From assembly GCF_009914755.1 (NCBI RefSeq), contig NC_060931.1: a stretch of DNA of 64,000 bases, one strand, 5' to 3'. This stretch comes from the human T2T-CHM13v2.0 reference genome, Homo sapiens. A model generated the notes under the pieces. The model did not search any database. It had not been told where the DNA came from and worked only from the letters and a program-made list of their open reading frames with translations. Below, piece after piece: positions 42,091 through 58,229 of the stretch (position 1 is the first letter of the stretch; every line of letters begins with the position of its first letter). The position numbers and the translations under genes were made by a program.

Positions 42091-45000
42091 GGCCAAAGAA
42101 AAATTGACAAAGGAGATAAAGAACAGCAAGAGAAATAGGGAATGAACCAGGAATATGCATGGTCATAGTCTCTAACAGATAAGAGAATCGCAGCAAGAGA
42201 TTAAGGATGTGGGGAGAAGTATGAAAGATATAAAATCCTTCAAAGAAGACTTAACGCTTAGTAATCCTTCAATTAAACCAGTGTGCTACCAGGATATTTG
42301 AAGTGTGAAGCATTAAATATAAAAAAGAAAAATAAATAAATAAAATCATAAACCATTATGCACTGTAGATCAATTAACAGTGGTAAAGAAGAGTATATGT
42401 ATATGTGTATCAGCAAATGTATACACACTCACCTACATACATACATACATCAAGAGACCACAGAGAATACAGACTAAGAGAAGGAAAGAGTGTGAGAAGA
42501 CAGATGGCTAAATTTATTTTGTGTATCACTAGTAATTTTGCAAAAATATTTGTGACTGATGGGCAGCATTTTTCATTGTGAGAAATAAATATTTCATAAT
42601 AAACTTTGACAGAGAAAAATATATTTTGTATAGAATAATTTCTCACAGTTCCAGACTGATATAAATTAATATGTAAAACCACCAAGAAACAAGTGATTGG
42701 TCTTCATATTTTCATGAAAACAATATGCAGCTTAAACTTGTCATTTTATGAATATTTTGCAAAACAGTACTGCTTCACAGTTCTGTGGGGGAAGTGAGAA
42801 AAAGCTCAAGATGTAGGGTTTAAAATTTAGCAAACATTCTTCAATCAAACAAAAGAAATGCTTTCAAGGAAGAATATCAAGTAATAAATTACAATCATTC
42901 CAAGTACTTATTGTTTTTATTATTTATAATAGCACAAGTATCAGCTTTTAGCAACAGAGCAACCTCTCAGTGATATCGTAAGCCAATTAAAAAGCCTCCT
43001 TCAATTTCCAACTAAAATGTAAATACAGAAAATAGCAACATTAATAGACCCTGTCTAGTCTCTGAACTTTAAACTTCCCAGAACAAACCATGAGATCATT
43101 CTAATAATTTTAGAAATGACATGTCAGAAGCCTAACTCAAATCCCATTTGTTGTTCTGTCCACTAAGTTAGTGGGCTATCAGGGATGATAACCAATACAA
43201 TAAAGTAATGATTGCCAACACAATAAAGTAATAGTTCTTTGAGAGAGTCGCTTTTTACTCAGCACTCAGTCTCCTTAGCTATGCACATGGATAACTTCTG
43301 GTAATGTAGAATGGACACTATATTGAGCCAAGAGGCTTGCTTGGTAAATGATTCCTTTTGCAACTTAAGCAAATAACTTCATTATTTTATTTTGTAATGT
43401 TCCCATCTTTAAATTGAGGGTACGAGACTAGGTCTATTAAAGCAAACAGATTCCTTCCTTTGTACCAACTTGTTTTACTGGTGATGACTGCTGGGCATGA
43501 AGAAGGATGCTTTGTGCTCAGTGAGAAGGACCACTTTGATCAATTAGCAATGACTTCCATGGGCAAGCTGCAGTAGAAATGTTGTTTATCTGACATATCT
43601 GGGCTAGATGATTGTTAGCTGCCCTTTGAACTCAAACATTTGGTAAAATGAGGAATAGTAATGAACTAATCTATAACAATAGGACATAAAGAGAACTGAA
43701 ACTGAGTGAGTTTTTAATCCATCAAATTAGAAACTTACAGTGGGTACTACCTAGGGTCTTTGAAAAGTAAAACGTTCTGTTTCTAGGTAAAAAATATTTT
43801 AATATATTTCTTTACTGCTATTTAGAGATTATTATAATGAAGACTGATTACTATAATGACAAATGTTTAGTAGCATTTGGATTCCAAACACATAGATATA
43901 CATGTAGATACACAAAGCAATGAGTGTCCGAGACTCTCTGCAGTATTGCTCATAATACTGCTCACCCAGTTACCATTTAGGGCTCACATGAGGAGGCGAG
44001 ATGGGGTGATCTGGAACTGGTCTCCTTCCTGGAGAGAAAGCTAAGGTAGAATGACAGCTACACAAATCATACAAAAAAATTGACCCCCAGGATCTCATTA
44101 GATCTTTCCAGAGTATGCTATTGAACAAGTTTCCAGGGCCAAAGACAGGACAATGTTCCACTAAAAAGTTATTCTACTATTTGCAAACATATCATGAAAG
44201 AAACCACATTTTAGCCTTGGGTACCGGCATCCCTAAAGTTTCACATCCAGGGTGCCCTCCTTCAAAGACAGTCCATATATAACATAAGAAAGGTGATAAA
44301 TATTATCCAGAACCTCACAACACAGATTTACAGGTTGGAAGGAAAACAGTTTTTAGCTAAAGTAGTTCACATTTTTGTGAGGAATGTAGGACTAGATGTA
44401 AATTGATAGTGAAAAAAAAATATGTAAAGCGTAAAGTATAAAGTCCAAAGAATCTTTGAATAATGAAAAGAAAGTTATAAATTCAATTGGAAAAAATACT
44501 GAGCACCACAAAACTACAAAGGGTTGCAGGCTTCACCTCACAAGGCAGCCTTTGCATCTGAAAATATCAGCAGTCTAACATGCTGCAAAACATTCCACAA
44601 CGTTTAAAGTAGCATACTGTATGGCTGCACTGCTTCTGTCATGGCAAATGATGATTAGTGTTCAGTCCACGAATTCTATTAATGGTATACAGAGAAAAAA
44701 TTACAGAGAAAGACAACAGCTAGAAAAAACTTATTTTTTTTTTGGTTAAATAAAAATGTTATCTGTCTAGAAAGGAACTTATGATTGGATATTTTTGACT
44801 AAGAAAATAAGGAAGATTGATAAAAACTTAGAGTAAGTTGTTTTTGCAAAAGAGACTTTATAAGTTTGCCAAATTGAGCCTCATCCAAGAAATACTAATT
44901 GAGTTTAAAAGGATTTTCCCTAGTGAGTTGAAATCACTAATACACTGAGAAACTCCAGAATGCTCTGCTGCACCATAGTGGCCATATTTGGACAATATGT

Positions 45001-45269
45001 AAGGCACCTTGGACAGCAGGTGTAGTATATGATATTTTAACTGAACCTTAGATACTTTAAAATACAACAAACCTACACTTCTTAAATATAAGTAGACACA
45101 TCTTCAAGTTGTAGTTAGGTAATTTCAAAGATTATCTATTTGATATTTTCCTTGGTACTATTATTAATTCAAGTCTCTCACTTAAATTTCGGATCAGGAG
45201 AAAAATCATGACTTTAAAAACATTTGTACTTTTTAAATAACATGATGTTATATATTACTAAAAGTTTAT

Positions 45270-46195
45270 AGCTTGTAAAGAACTTATATAAATCAATAAC
45301 AAAAAGACAGATAACCCACTTTAAAAATGGGTAAAGGACTTGAACAGACATTTATTGAAAGAAGATAAATAAATGGCCAACAAGTACATGAAAAAAATTT
45401 TCAACATAATTAGTCATTAGAGAAATGCAAATCAAAACTATCAGATGTTACTTCACACACACTAAAATTATAAGAATTTTTAAATCCCCACACATACAAA
45501 AACAAAAAATAAAGACTACTGGTAAGAAAGTGGAGAAGAAATGTAACCCTCATACATAGCTGGTGGGAATGTAAACTGGTGCAGCCAATTTGGAAAACAG
45601 TTTGATGATGCTTCAAAAAGGTAAACATAGGATTACCATATAAGCCAGTAATTCCATTCCTAGGTACGTATACCCTGAAACTAAAAATACGTACTCAAGC
45701 AAATACATGCACATGAATGTTCATAGCCGCACTATTTATAATAGTCAGAACATGAAAAAAAGAAACAAATATCTGTCGATGGATAAATGGAGAAACAAAA
45801 TGTTATATATACATAATACAATATTATTCAGCCATAAGAAGAAGTACTGATTCATGCTACAATGTGGATGTATCTCAAAAACATTATACTAAGTGAAAAA
45901 ATCCAGACATAATGGGTCACATATAATTCCAACTATATGAAATTTCTAGAATAGGTAAATTCACAGAGACAAAAAGCAGATGGGTAGTTGCCAAGAGCAA
46001 GGGGAAAGGGAGAACAGGAAATAACTGCTTAATGGGTACAGTTTTTTTTTGGTGTGGTGAAAACACTTTGTAACTTGATATAGGTGGTGGTTGTACAACA
46101 CTGTCAATGCATTAAATGCCAGCAAATTTATGCATTGTACATTTATAAATGATTACTTTTATGTTATGTGAATTTCACTTCAATTTTTTTTAAGT
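45270..46195 (+). mobile_element. L1MB-type 3' end
   Basis: aatgggtaaaggacttgaacagacattt; gctggtgggaatgtaaactggtgcagcc; ttatgttatgtgaatttcacttcaat. Confidence 0.88.
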
Positions 46196-46259
46196 TAATA
46201 CAAATTTTCATAAAGTTCCCAAGACTGCTGATGATACCATCCACTAAAAAAATGAGGGG

Positions 46260-47730
46260 TCATGACAAATGAGTGAAAATGTTAAAAGGAAATATTACCC
46301 ACCAGCCAAATATAGGGCAATTTAAGAATCACAATAAATAATGATACTAATAGCTTACAACTCATTGTTGGGAAAAAAAATCCATTAGTCCTTACTGGCA
46401 CTAAACAAGAAGGGAGAAGAGAAAGCTCTTCCTTACAACGGAATGGAATTCCAACTAGTAAATACAAAAGGAATGACAGAGTTAGAAACAATCATTTTAC
46501 AACATCATAATAGTACTTGATTCAGGCAAGAATCATTGGTGACTGCAAAACTATTTCATAAAAGTTGATGAGGAATATAATATGTATACAAAATACTTAA
46601 TACCAGAAAAAGTTCACCCTACAGTGGAGAAACCTGGCAGATACTATGTTTGCTAAAGAGATCACAGTTGATGTCACCGAATCTGGGGCAAACTGGTATC
46701 TTGTGCCTTTTGATATGATGAACTTAATGCAGTGTAAACTGCATTACTCTCAAAATGTGTAACCTCAATCCATGCATGAGGAAATATCAGAAAAACCCAA
46801 AAATAAAAGACATTCCACAAAACTCAAAAAAAAAAAAGTCAGCATGACAAAAGACAAATAAAAGCTGAAAACTTTCAGATAAAACCAGTCTAGGCTGGGT
46901 GCAGTGGCTCACACCATAATCCCAGCACTTTGGGAGGCCGAGGCAGGCGGATCACGAGGTCAGGAGATTGAGACCACCCTGATTAACACAGTGAAATCCC
47001 ATCTCTACTAAAAATACAAAAAATCAGCCGGGCGAGGTGGTAGGCATCTGTAGTCTCAGCTACTCGGGAGGCTGAGGCAGGAGAATAGTGTGAACCCAGG
47101 AGGCGGAGCAGCGGAGCTTGCAGCGAGCCAAGATTGCACCACTGCATTCCAGCCTGGGTGACAGAGCAAGACTGTCTCCAAAAAAAAAAAAAAAAAGGAG
47201 TCTAAAGAGACATGACATCTGACAGTAATGCATGATCCTGGATTAGATCATTGGTAAAGGCAAAGACATGGCTATAAGGAACATTCTAGGAATAACTGGT
47301 GAAATTTGAATATGGAATATATATTAGATAATAGCACTGTACTGATGTTAAATATACTGAATTTGATAATTGTACTGTGGTTATGTAAGAGAAAAACTTC
47401 TAGAAAGGATTTCGGGTTAAAGGGTCATTATATCTGCAATGCACTTTCAAATAAGTCAACAAAAATGATGGTCATAAAAATGACAATGAGTGTATATATA
47501 CACATAAACACACTCATATACAGCCATATCGCTATATGTGTGTGGTGGGGGAGACAGAGAGAGGAGGAGAGAGAGCAAGAATGAGAGTGGGTGTGAGAGA
47601 CAGAGAAAGTGCATAAATGTACCAAAATGTTATAAATTGCTGAATATTTGGGGGTTCATTGTGCTATTCTTGCATATTTTTTACAAGTTTAAATTTTTTC
47701 CAAAATTGAAAGTTAAAAATTTAAAAAGTA
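46260..47730 (+). mobile_element. L1MC/ME-type 3' fragment interrupted by an Alu
   Basis: acagtggagaaacctggcagatact; tgcatgatcctggattagatc; gtactgtggttatgtaagagaa. Confidence 0.75.
46893..47196 (+). mobile_element. AluY-like with an internal 8-bp duplication (gcggagca gcggagct)
   Basis: gatcacgaggtcaggagattgagacc; TSD agtcta. Confidence 0.93.
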
Positions 47731-49259
47731 GTATCCCTGAGATAGTTTTTTTCATTCAAGCCTGCATGCTTGTACAGATCTGAGACTATGTTCTCAGCCA
47801 TATTCTCTCTTCCTGGCCATTTTCCTCTTAGAAACATGGCAAACAGAAATGAGAAATCCCATTTGCTTAACAAGTCTACCTGCTTGCCAGTGCCAGATTA
47901 TTCCCTGTGGCATCATTTTTACTTCAACTTTGAGTACATTTTTAGGAGTCTCAAATGTGTGGGATTCCATTTCCCTTGAGAGGCATCTTCTGTTAACTCT
48001 CTTTTCCTGAAATAGAGATCACCCTTAAATGTTTCCTTAGTTGTGTTACCAATTATGTAGCAGAACTCTGCCACTCAGGAAGATACTACTTATTTCTAAT
48101 GGTCTGTACACTAATGTTCTTTAATTATTAACCTTTGTCTTTGTTGTAGGGAAATTTGAGAAATGTTGTATTTGGGATAAATTGTTGCATATAAGTATGC
48201 ATGTGTTATTGGTCAGTCTTCTGTTCCTCTCTATCCCTTGGTCTGTCCACAGAACCCAGGACAATGTCCAAGCTCTAATATCTGACCATTCAAATGGAAA
48301 TCACTTCTGCATAGATAACACTTGCTGGACTCTGCTTTGTTACCCAGTAATTTTGACTATTGAACTACATGCTCACAAAACATCAAAGCTGGAAGGGACA
48401 CCAGAGACAACCAGGTTTATACCCTCATTTTACAAATAAATAAGGTCCAGACAGGTTAAATGACCTACCCAAACTAATACGTTAAATTGAAGTCAGAGCA
48501 AAAATAAGAAACCTAGTTTATTCACTTCCTGACCTGACTGTCATCTTTCCACCTACAATGATGACTCATCGACTGTCATTTAGCTGATTATCACTTTGTG
48601 TTTGAGAGAATTTATAGAATACTAATTTGCTTTTCATAAACACCACACTTGCAATAAACTTTTAAAGCAAGATTTATTTCTAGCAATGCTGAAAAAGCCT
48701 TCTTTCTTAAGGTTCGGAGCAAAACCCAGTTAATCTTGGTCCTATGTAAAATACATGGGCACATGATGCATATCTTTAGTCTTCTCATTTTTGGACATAT
48801 TTCTGCCTAAATACTTGTTTCTCTGCCAACTAACTAGAATTCTCTGAACAATATTTAGATCACTTTGGAAAAGGGAAGTTGGCTCACAGAGTTTTCATCT
48901 ACACAGACACAGCTGGAAACCAAAATTCTAATGTTCTTCCTAATGGGGCTTGATCACAATAGAAAAGGGTGACAGAGTCTCAATTTTTCTTCAAATGCCT
49001 TTTTAACTTCCACATTCCAATACCTGTTTTTCCTTTCATTTCTGGTTTTGGCCAAGATTGCAATCACGTATTTGGTTTTAGCAATAAGGATAGTTTTGCA
49101 GTACTTTTGGCTACGATCAAAAAACAGAAATGCGGAAAATATCAAGAGAAAATCTATTTGTACATAGAATCTTTAAGAACAAAGAAATTTGAGAGACTTT
49201 GGCAACGTGCAAGTGACTGATAAGAACCATTCAACACAATGACAGAGATCAAAGGCTAA

Positions 49260-49740
<481 letters not shown>

Positions 49741-49759
49741 TGAATATTAGTAGTTGCCT

Positions 49760-50150
49760 AATCTGATAGTGAATATTCTGTTTTCATAATACTCGAAATT
49801 GCAGGAACATTTAGAACAGTCCCTCCTTTCTTCTTGAGAATGTTTTTTCTCTGAGCCTCCATAACACTAGGCTCTTCTGGCTTTCTTTTTGCTGGTTGCT
49901 CTTTCTCACTGTCCTCTGCTGGCTCTTCCATCTTTATTTCACATTAGATAATAGAGTGCCCGAGGTCAGACTCTCAGGACTTCTTGTCTCTGTGTACACT
50001 TTTTCCCCACGTTGTCGCATCTAAAGATAGACATGCTGATGACTTCTAAATTTACACCTTAAACTCCGATCTCTCCTCTGAGCTCCATGCTTTTATATTT
50101 TAAATTTGATGTGTCCATTATTTCGCTAAAAGGTAGCCCAGGCTTAACTC
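49760..50150 (+). mobile_element. L2 fragment
   Basis: atgctgatgacttctaaatttacacc...ctctcctctgagctcca. Confidence 0.7.
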
Positions 50151-50429
50151 ACTATTCTGAACTATTAGAAAAAAACATAATGTTTTACTTTTGTTTACAG
50201 CCAATTTAATTGTTCACCTCTCCCTTCCACTTGCCAGCTACCAGAAAATCAAATGAACTAAATTTCTTATCTAGTTAAAATTTGGTCTAGTCTAATAGTT
50301 TCATAGATCCTTCCAATAATACTTCATTTCTCTCTAGGAAAAAAAAGTTTGGTTCTTCAAATAGCCCCCCTCATGATATTGGTGGGGAGGAGTCCATTGG
50401 CCTTCATGATGATCCTGTATGTGTGCTAG

Positions 50430-50579
50430 CTCTTTGCTACTCAAAGTGTGATCTGTGGACCAGCACCACCAATGTCTCCTGGCAGGCTGTTGGAGATGCA
50501 GGCTAAACTCCAGCCCTACTGAATCAGAATCTGCATTTTAACAAAATCCTTAGGTGATTCATAAGTCTGAGAAGCACTG
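50430..50579. mobile_element. MER5A-type hAT-Charlie DNA transposon
   Basis: ctactcaaagtgtgatctgtggaccagca ... ctactgaatcagaatctgcattttaacaa ... agtctgagaagcactg. Confidence 0.88.
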
Positions 50580-51719
50580 AAGATCTGATATCTATTCAAT
50601 GTGCCCCTGAGTACTACTTGCACTGCTGACATTGAAAGCTGTGATCTATGGTTGGTAACATTTTTGTGGAGGTTTGGATGGTTGATTGCCTTAATGTGGG
50701 GATTTTTTGTTTTTTGGCCCCATTGGTTTGCTGAGAGCCTGATAGTTCTTTGTAGCTGAATCAGCCTCACCTCAGCCTCCACTGGCAGCAACCTCCTGAA
50801 TGACTCATTTGTCTTCCATTCAGTCTGTAGCTCAGGAATCAGCCCAGCCTCTGCTGTTGGGACCCTTTGTCCATTAGCCTTCTGTCTCTCAACCCAGCAT
50901 CTGTGGTTCAGAAAAGCTAAATCATAGGGAATCCCTCTGTCCACATAATAGTGTGGTCAATTTGCTGTGGCACAGTATAAAAGTGATGGGAGAACAAAGA
51001 GGTGATATTTTACCAGAGATGGGGGCAATGATGTTATTGTTTACTTAATGCACCTACCCATCTCCAAGCTAAAGCCACAAGGGTACGTCAGAATACACCT
51101 CTCTAACTACCTTACTCTCATCTCTCTCCTCTCTTTTCTCCCTAAAAATCCTCAGGGCAAAATAAAAGGCTTTTACTTTCCTTCTACTATATTTTATTTT
51201 TCTTCTTTCTGACTCTAGCTAGACCTCAATAGTGAATGAGGTCTCTCCTCCAACTAGGGAAAAATTGCATGAGCTGAGTCTCAGGCTCAGGTGGAATCAG
51301 GAAAATCTTATCTCAAGATGAAAGCCTGGCTTGCTGTATTTGGTGCAGAAATTCACAACCTAAGGCCTTTGTATTAGTTGTTTCTTCTGCTGGTTGCATA
51401 GTTATATTTTTGCAAAACAAAGCTGCATCTTATACTGACTACTTCTTGGAATTTCTTGTTACAAATCTGAATCTCCCTTCAGGGAAATAAATGACTAGGG
51501 CTGATGAGGGCAAAGTTTTTTGTTTGGTTGGTTTTTTTGTTTTACATGGTTAAGCAACAGATAAAAGCATTTTAAGCATTTTAAAACATTACCCTTACAT
51601 TACATGAGAAAGACAGAATTCTGTTTGGGGATGAGGGCAACTTGCTCTTCTCTCGGAATCCCGCCTCTCACTTTATAGCACCATTATCCACATAGCAGCA
51701 CCACTGTCTACTATGATGT

Positions 51720-52518
51720 AGAAGTCTGACTTAAATCCTCTTTTGTCATATCCCTTATACACAATCCATTAACAGTCTTTATAGGTCTGGGTTTAAAATA
51801 TCTCTGGAATACTATCATCTCTCAACATCTCTTCAGCTATCAGGGAAGTCCAGTATTCAGCATCTGTTGCTCCCCTTAACTCCTACCTGCCTCTAACCAA
51901 TTCTCCATGTAGCAGCCTAGTGAGTTTTGAAACAGTGAGTACAAATTTTAAGTGTACTAATATCTCCACCCTACTTAAAATTGTCTAATGGCTGCCCATT
52001 ACAATTAAAATATAATTCCTTTCCATGGTTCGCAAGACTATAGGAGATCTCATCCCTGGTCACCATTCAGGCCTCGCGTCCTAACACTTCCTCTTTGTTC
52101 ATTACTCATGCACACTGGCCTTTTTCTGTCCCTAGGATATGCCAAGGACCTTTGTGCACACTGTTCTTCTGCCCGTTATACTTTGCCTTTGTTTCTTGGC
52201 CTGACTCTTCTTTCAACATTCATGTCTGTGCTCAAATGTTACCTTCTAAGGCTGAACCTCTTTAATACTGCATGTTAATAATCCCTCTTTGTTATTCACT
52301 ATAATATTACTTTGTTTTAATTTTTTAATGGTATTTACTAATGTCTGGAATCATTATTTACTTGCACGTTTATCGTTGCCTATTTATCGTCTACCTCTTA
52401 CATCACCCCAAGTAACATTTCTGAAAACAGTGACTTTATTTTTCACCTTTATATCCCAAGCATCTAGGACAAAACCTGGACAGTTGTTCAAATATATTTC
52501 CTGAAGGAATGAATGAAA
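51720..52518 (+). mobile_element. L2 3' end
   Basis: ccctacttaaaattgtctaatggctgcccatt; atatcccaagcatctaggacaaaacctgg; ends gaatgaatgaa. Confidence 0.8.
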
Positions 52519-52519
52519 A

Positions 52520-53276
<757 letters not shown>

Positions 53277-53367
53277 TTGTGGTATTTTTTAAATAAACAT
53301 TTTAAAAGCCAACATTAATTTAGTTAAATAACATAGAAGGAATCAAAATCAATACATGTTTCATTGA

Positions 53368-53687
<320 letters not shown>

Positions 53688-53999
53688 TAATTTTTTTCTA
53701 AATTCACTAAATCTAATACTATACAAATTGGCATTTACTTATATTTAAGTTCACTATATTTTAATCATTCTTAGAATTTTATCTACCCTAGGAAGACAAG
53801 TTTTGACCTGGGCCTTAAGACAATGTCCCAAATCGCACATGAGGTACTGCATAATTCAAAGCACATGTGTGCTTGCATATGCATAGTAAAGACCATAACA
53901 TTTTTAAATTAGTAAATGAGCTCCTAACTTTATGATTATACATATATACTGATAATTTGGATAATAACTAAAGTCTCCATTTGTCTTCAAATTATAATC

Positions 54000-54365
54000 T
54001 CCTATGGTTTGAATGTGTCCCCAAACTTCATGTGTTGAAAGCTTGATCCCCAAATTCATATACTGATGGCACTTGGAGGTGGGGCCTTTTGGAGGAAATT
54101 TGGTTTAGATAAAGTCATTAGAGCTGAGCTCCCATAATGAGACTGGTAGCTTTATAAGAAGAGAAAGAGAGACCTGAGCAGGCATGCTCTTGCTCTTTTA
54201 CCATGTGATGCCCTCTGCCATGTGTGATGTCATAAGGTCCTTATTAGATGCAGCCCCTTACCTTGAACTTCGCAGCCTCCAGAACTACAAAAAAAAAAAG
54301 TCATTTCTTTATAAATTACCCAGTCTATGGTATTCTGTTACAGCAACAGAAAATGGACTAAGACA
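54000..54365 (+). mobile_element. MST-family MaLR solo LTR
   Basis: ctatggtttgaatgtgtccccaaa ... ctttataaattacccagtctatggtattctgttacagcaacagaaaatggactaagaca. Confidence 0.9.
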
Positions 54366-54651
54366 CAATTCCTTTGTTCTATGAACAAATTTAAGTCTTC
54401 TAAACAGTACTTACTTCTCCAAACAAAATGATGCTTGGTGTTAATTGAAATGTAGGACTGTTACAGTGGACTGCAGATCTTATTGCTGCAGGCAGAAACA
54501 GAATTATAATGAATATCTCATGTTCTGTGGTACTTGGAGGCATTTTGAAAACTCTTCCATTAAGAGAATAAAATACAAACATAACCACTGTACTTGAAAC
54601 AAAACAAGGGCTGTTAGATTTGACTCAATCCTTTCAATGCAATTTTATCCA

Positions 54652-54826
54652 ATATATATATGTAAACATACACACACACACGTATATACTTATATACACA
54701 TGTATATTCTTATATACATAAATATATGTATATTCTTATATACATGTGTGTATTATATATTATGTGTGTATAATATATAATATGTGTGTATAATATATAT
54801 TACATATGTGTGTATGTATACACACA
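54652..54826. repeat. Compound (TA)/(CA)/(TG) low-complexity repeat
   Basis: Sub-repeats atgtatattcttatatac and tatgtgtgtataatatata. Confidence 0.9.
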
Positions 54827-57800
54827 GAATATTTCAAAAAAGATTATAAGTGATTGAAAGGACATGGAAAAATTAGACTTTTTAGCTAATTGTCTAAGAC
54901 AGTTAAACATTTGCTGTTTCCATCATTCTACACTCAATTAAGCCAGGCTAAGGATCATCTTATAAATGCTGACTTTGTTGTATTTTTCTCATATCAAACA
55001 ATTCAGTTCAATCTCCTCTTACTGAATGCTTACTATACGCTAGGCATTGTGCTGAGGACCAGGAATACAAAGATGCAGACATCCTGTTCACTGCCAAATT
55101 TTGACAAGGGACCAAATATATATCCATTTTACAAACAGAAACTTCATAGTAAGTTTCAGTATTAGAATTTTCTTGTCAGCAGCCATGATATCTAAACTGC
55201 TAAATATATACCCTAAGTAAATATTCTATAAGCACATCAGATCAGAAACAGCTGGCAGCTTCAGGCTGTTCATTTCAAAATGAATTGAAGACCTGTAATC
55301 AGACTAGTGAGGATATTATTGATAGGATAAGTATTTGTGTACTTTCACATGAATAAACTTTCTTCTTTCATGCTTTCAAATTTAGGGCCTTTTTAGTGGT
55401 GTTGGGATGCCCCATTAAATGCTAGAAAACTATTTAGTTTATCCTTAGTCAATTCTACTGAATTTGGCACCTCTTAAATTTGGTTGAGGAAGAAATCTGC
55501 AAAAGACAATTACTTGAAATATATGTTTATTAAAAATGCGAGACTGCCAATATATTTAAGGAAAAAAGAAAATGTAAAAACAAACAAACAAAAGACTTTC
55601 TTCTGACAATGCTGTGTTAGTGTTTCACATTTATAATTTTTTAGTATTAATCTGTAAGAATCCATGAAAGAAATAAACTTGTACTTGCTTATTGTGCCTG
55701 TTTCTAGATTTTAGACATGCTAGCACCTCTTTGTAACAGTGGTCTTCCAAAGAGAGACTTGACCAACCTGTGCACAGAGGGAGTGTCCTTAGTGCAGTGC
55801 TAAAGCTCTGGGCTATGAGTCCAAAGATCTCATTCATTCATAGACTCTTTTGCAGGCAAGACACTAACTGCTATGACAGTCAGCAAAAAGTAAAACAACA
55901 AGTAATCTATACATATTTATTAATTTCTGCATTTGTGGATTAACTGTGTTGATACATCTCTCGTTTGCTGAAAGGATTAAAGTAGCTCAACACAGAGGTA
56001 AGAATGACTTCCTCCCGTGACTTTCTATATGGGTGTAGAGGTGGCAACCTCTGACTAGGTGTCTGCATAGCAAATTGTATACTTTTAAAATAACGTCATT
56101 GACCATATCAAAAACAGGGAGAGGGATGATAAAGAATATACTGTAATGAAAGTCCCGCAAACCCTACTTTCCAGAGTGAGGAAGAAAGAATGATTGCCTG
56201 ATATTTTAAGTAGGAGCTGCTTTCTTTGCTGTAGGTTGGCAGAAGCTGGAGAGTGGAGCAGGAGTCTCCTAGAAGCAGTGTTTTCTCACTCCAAATCTGA
56301 GTTGGATGCTCATTAATGAGCACCAAGCACCAGTTTGCAGTAGCCATTCTGAATTTAACAGTAACCATTTGGAGGCTACAAATCCTGAGGTCTGACTCTG
56401 AACATGTGTTTGTTTATTGGCACAGGGATAGCACTACACCATTTAGTTATAAAGTACAACGGAACAAATCTACATTAATATGAGAATCCATATTTTGTCC
56501 TGCTTTTTCTATATGTCACACTTCTCAGTGAGACCCTAACAAGAGCAGGAATTAAGAATAGGTCAGAAGAACATCTGCTTTTCTTATTTTGATTACGTGG
56601 GCAAGCAAAGGAATTTGCTTTTATAACACCAAAATAACTTGGAATGCGGCAAAAATAAACGCACCTTCTGTCTCATGGAATGTTATTACAGTACAACACT
56701 TTGTGAATGCTTGTTGGCATTTTCAAGCATTTTTTGTTCTCCTCATTTCTTTCTCAGCTCCATAATGCAATCCTCATGGTTTGAGCACTAGACTTCAAAT
56801 GAGACATCTATTCAGAGAGTGTTCAGACAAAACGAGTGGTTTCCTTAGTAATGGGAACTATGTGAAAGCCTTCAGCACAGCCCCTTCAGACAGCCAGGCT
56901 TCTCCCAGGCTTGTGGTTCACACATAGGCTCTCAGTGAGCATTATACAGCTGGGGAGCACCCCCAAAGTCTAAACTGACCAAAGCACTGAATATTCATTG
57001 CATTTCTAATCAAATGTACCCTTTATAAAAGGTTAAAGATGTAAGAAGTGCTCTTAATGGCGAGGGTTAATTTGCTCATTTTCTGCATCATGTCTATGGA
57101 ATGGAAAGAAAGATAAGCGATTTTGCCAAAAAAAAAAAAAAAAAAATGACACGTGTTGCTCTTTTGTTTGATTGTATTTTACATTTCCTTACCTTAAAAA
57201 CCTAAGCCTGTCCTATTCTTGTTCCTTCTATGCCTAAAGACTACTACTCTGATTTTCCAGTTTTCTGCATAACAATCATCTTCAATAAAGCTTTGAAACT
57301 CTGCTATTAAAACAGGGTGCAAATGTTGCCTTTTGTAGTCTCAAATATATTTAAAATATAGTAAAGTAGTTTCATGTATACCAATGTTGAAGTTTTATGT
57401 ATGTGTATCGATCCATTTTGTTATTTAGTTTCAGGACGACACAATAATTAGAAAAAGAGCTGGATAATACAATTGTCATTCATCTTAAATATTGACTCTT
57501 AAAGGCAGACAAATAACAACAACTATCCAAAATAAAAACCAACATGAAAATAATAAAAAATTATCTCAGCTGATATAATGTTTGCCTTTGAGGAATAATG
57601 ATTTATAGATACCTTCACACTATGTTAATCATCCAATTAGGAGAATAAAAATATTGTCAAACATTTTGGGGTTGAAAAACATGAGGTATAGCTAAATTGT
57701 TAGTCTTCTACCATGAATATTTTTTGTCAATCTGGTTACACATAAGCAAACACAGGAAGCAAAAGTTAAGCTATAAAACCCGCAAAGGAGAGGAGAACGA

Positions 57801-57829
57801 GGGCCTCAAAAGATCACTGAAGAGAAGAA

Positions 57830-58060
57830 AATACAGTTTTAAGACTGTTGGCTTTGAAGCCTGACTTGCATTCTAGCTTTCCTTCTTCACTAGCGTGACA
57901 ACTGTAGAAGTTCACCAACCCCAGTTTCCTCTTCTGTGAAAAGGGGAAAGTCCCTGACTGCCTCACGGTACTGTAAGAATGAAACCATATGTGTGCAGGG
58001 TCTACCAAGTTTCAGTGTCTTGCATCGAGTTAAACTCAACAAATGCTATTTAATATTATT
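57830..58060 (+). mobile_element. MIR
   Basis: cccagtttcctcttctgtgaaaagggga ... ctcaacaaatgctatt. Confidence 0.75.
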
Positions 58061-58229
58061 CTAGGTACTTTAATTTCAGCATACATAATTTCTGCATGTG
58101 TACAGCTATGCATATTTTAAAATCTGATCTATTTCATTGTGGTTTGTGGATAGCTCAAGGAAAATCATTTCTATTTTCTGAATAATACCAATAATAAATA
58201 TAACAACAAAAATACTAAATTTGCTGTCA

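Noticed and set aside
43970-44028. Peptide RRPVPDHPISPPHVSPKW as a coding exon
   Set aside because: No protein recognised, and all three frames hit a stop before the stronger donor; kept only as a candidate non-coding exon.
48557-48590. C/D-box snoRNA motifs (ATGATGA...CTGA)
   Set aside because: Boxes are only about 30 nt apart with no terminal stem.
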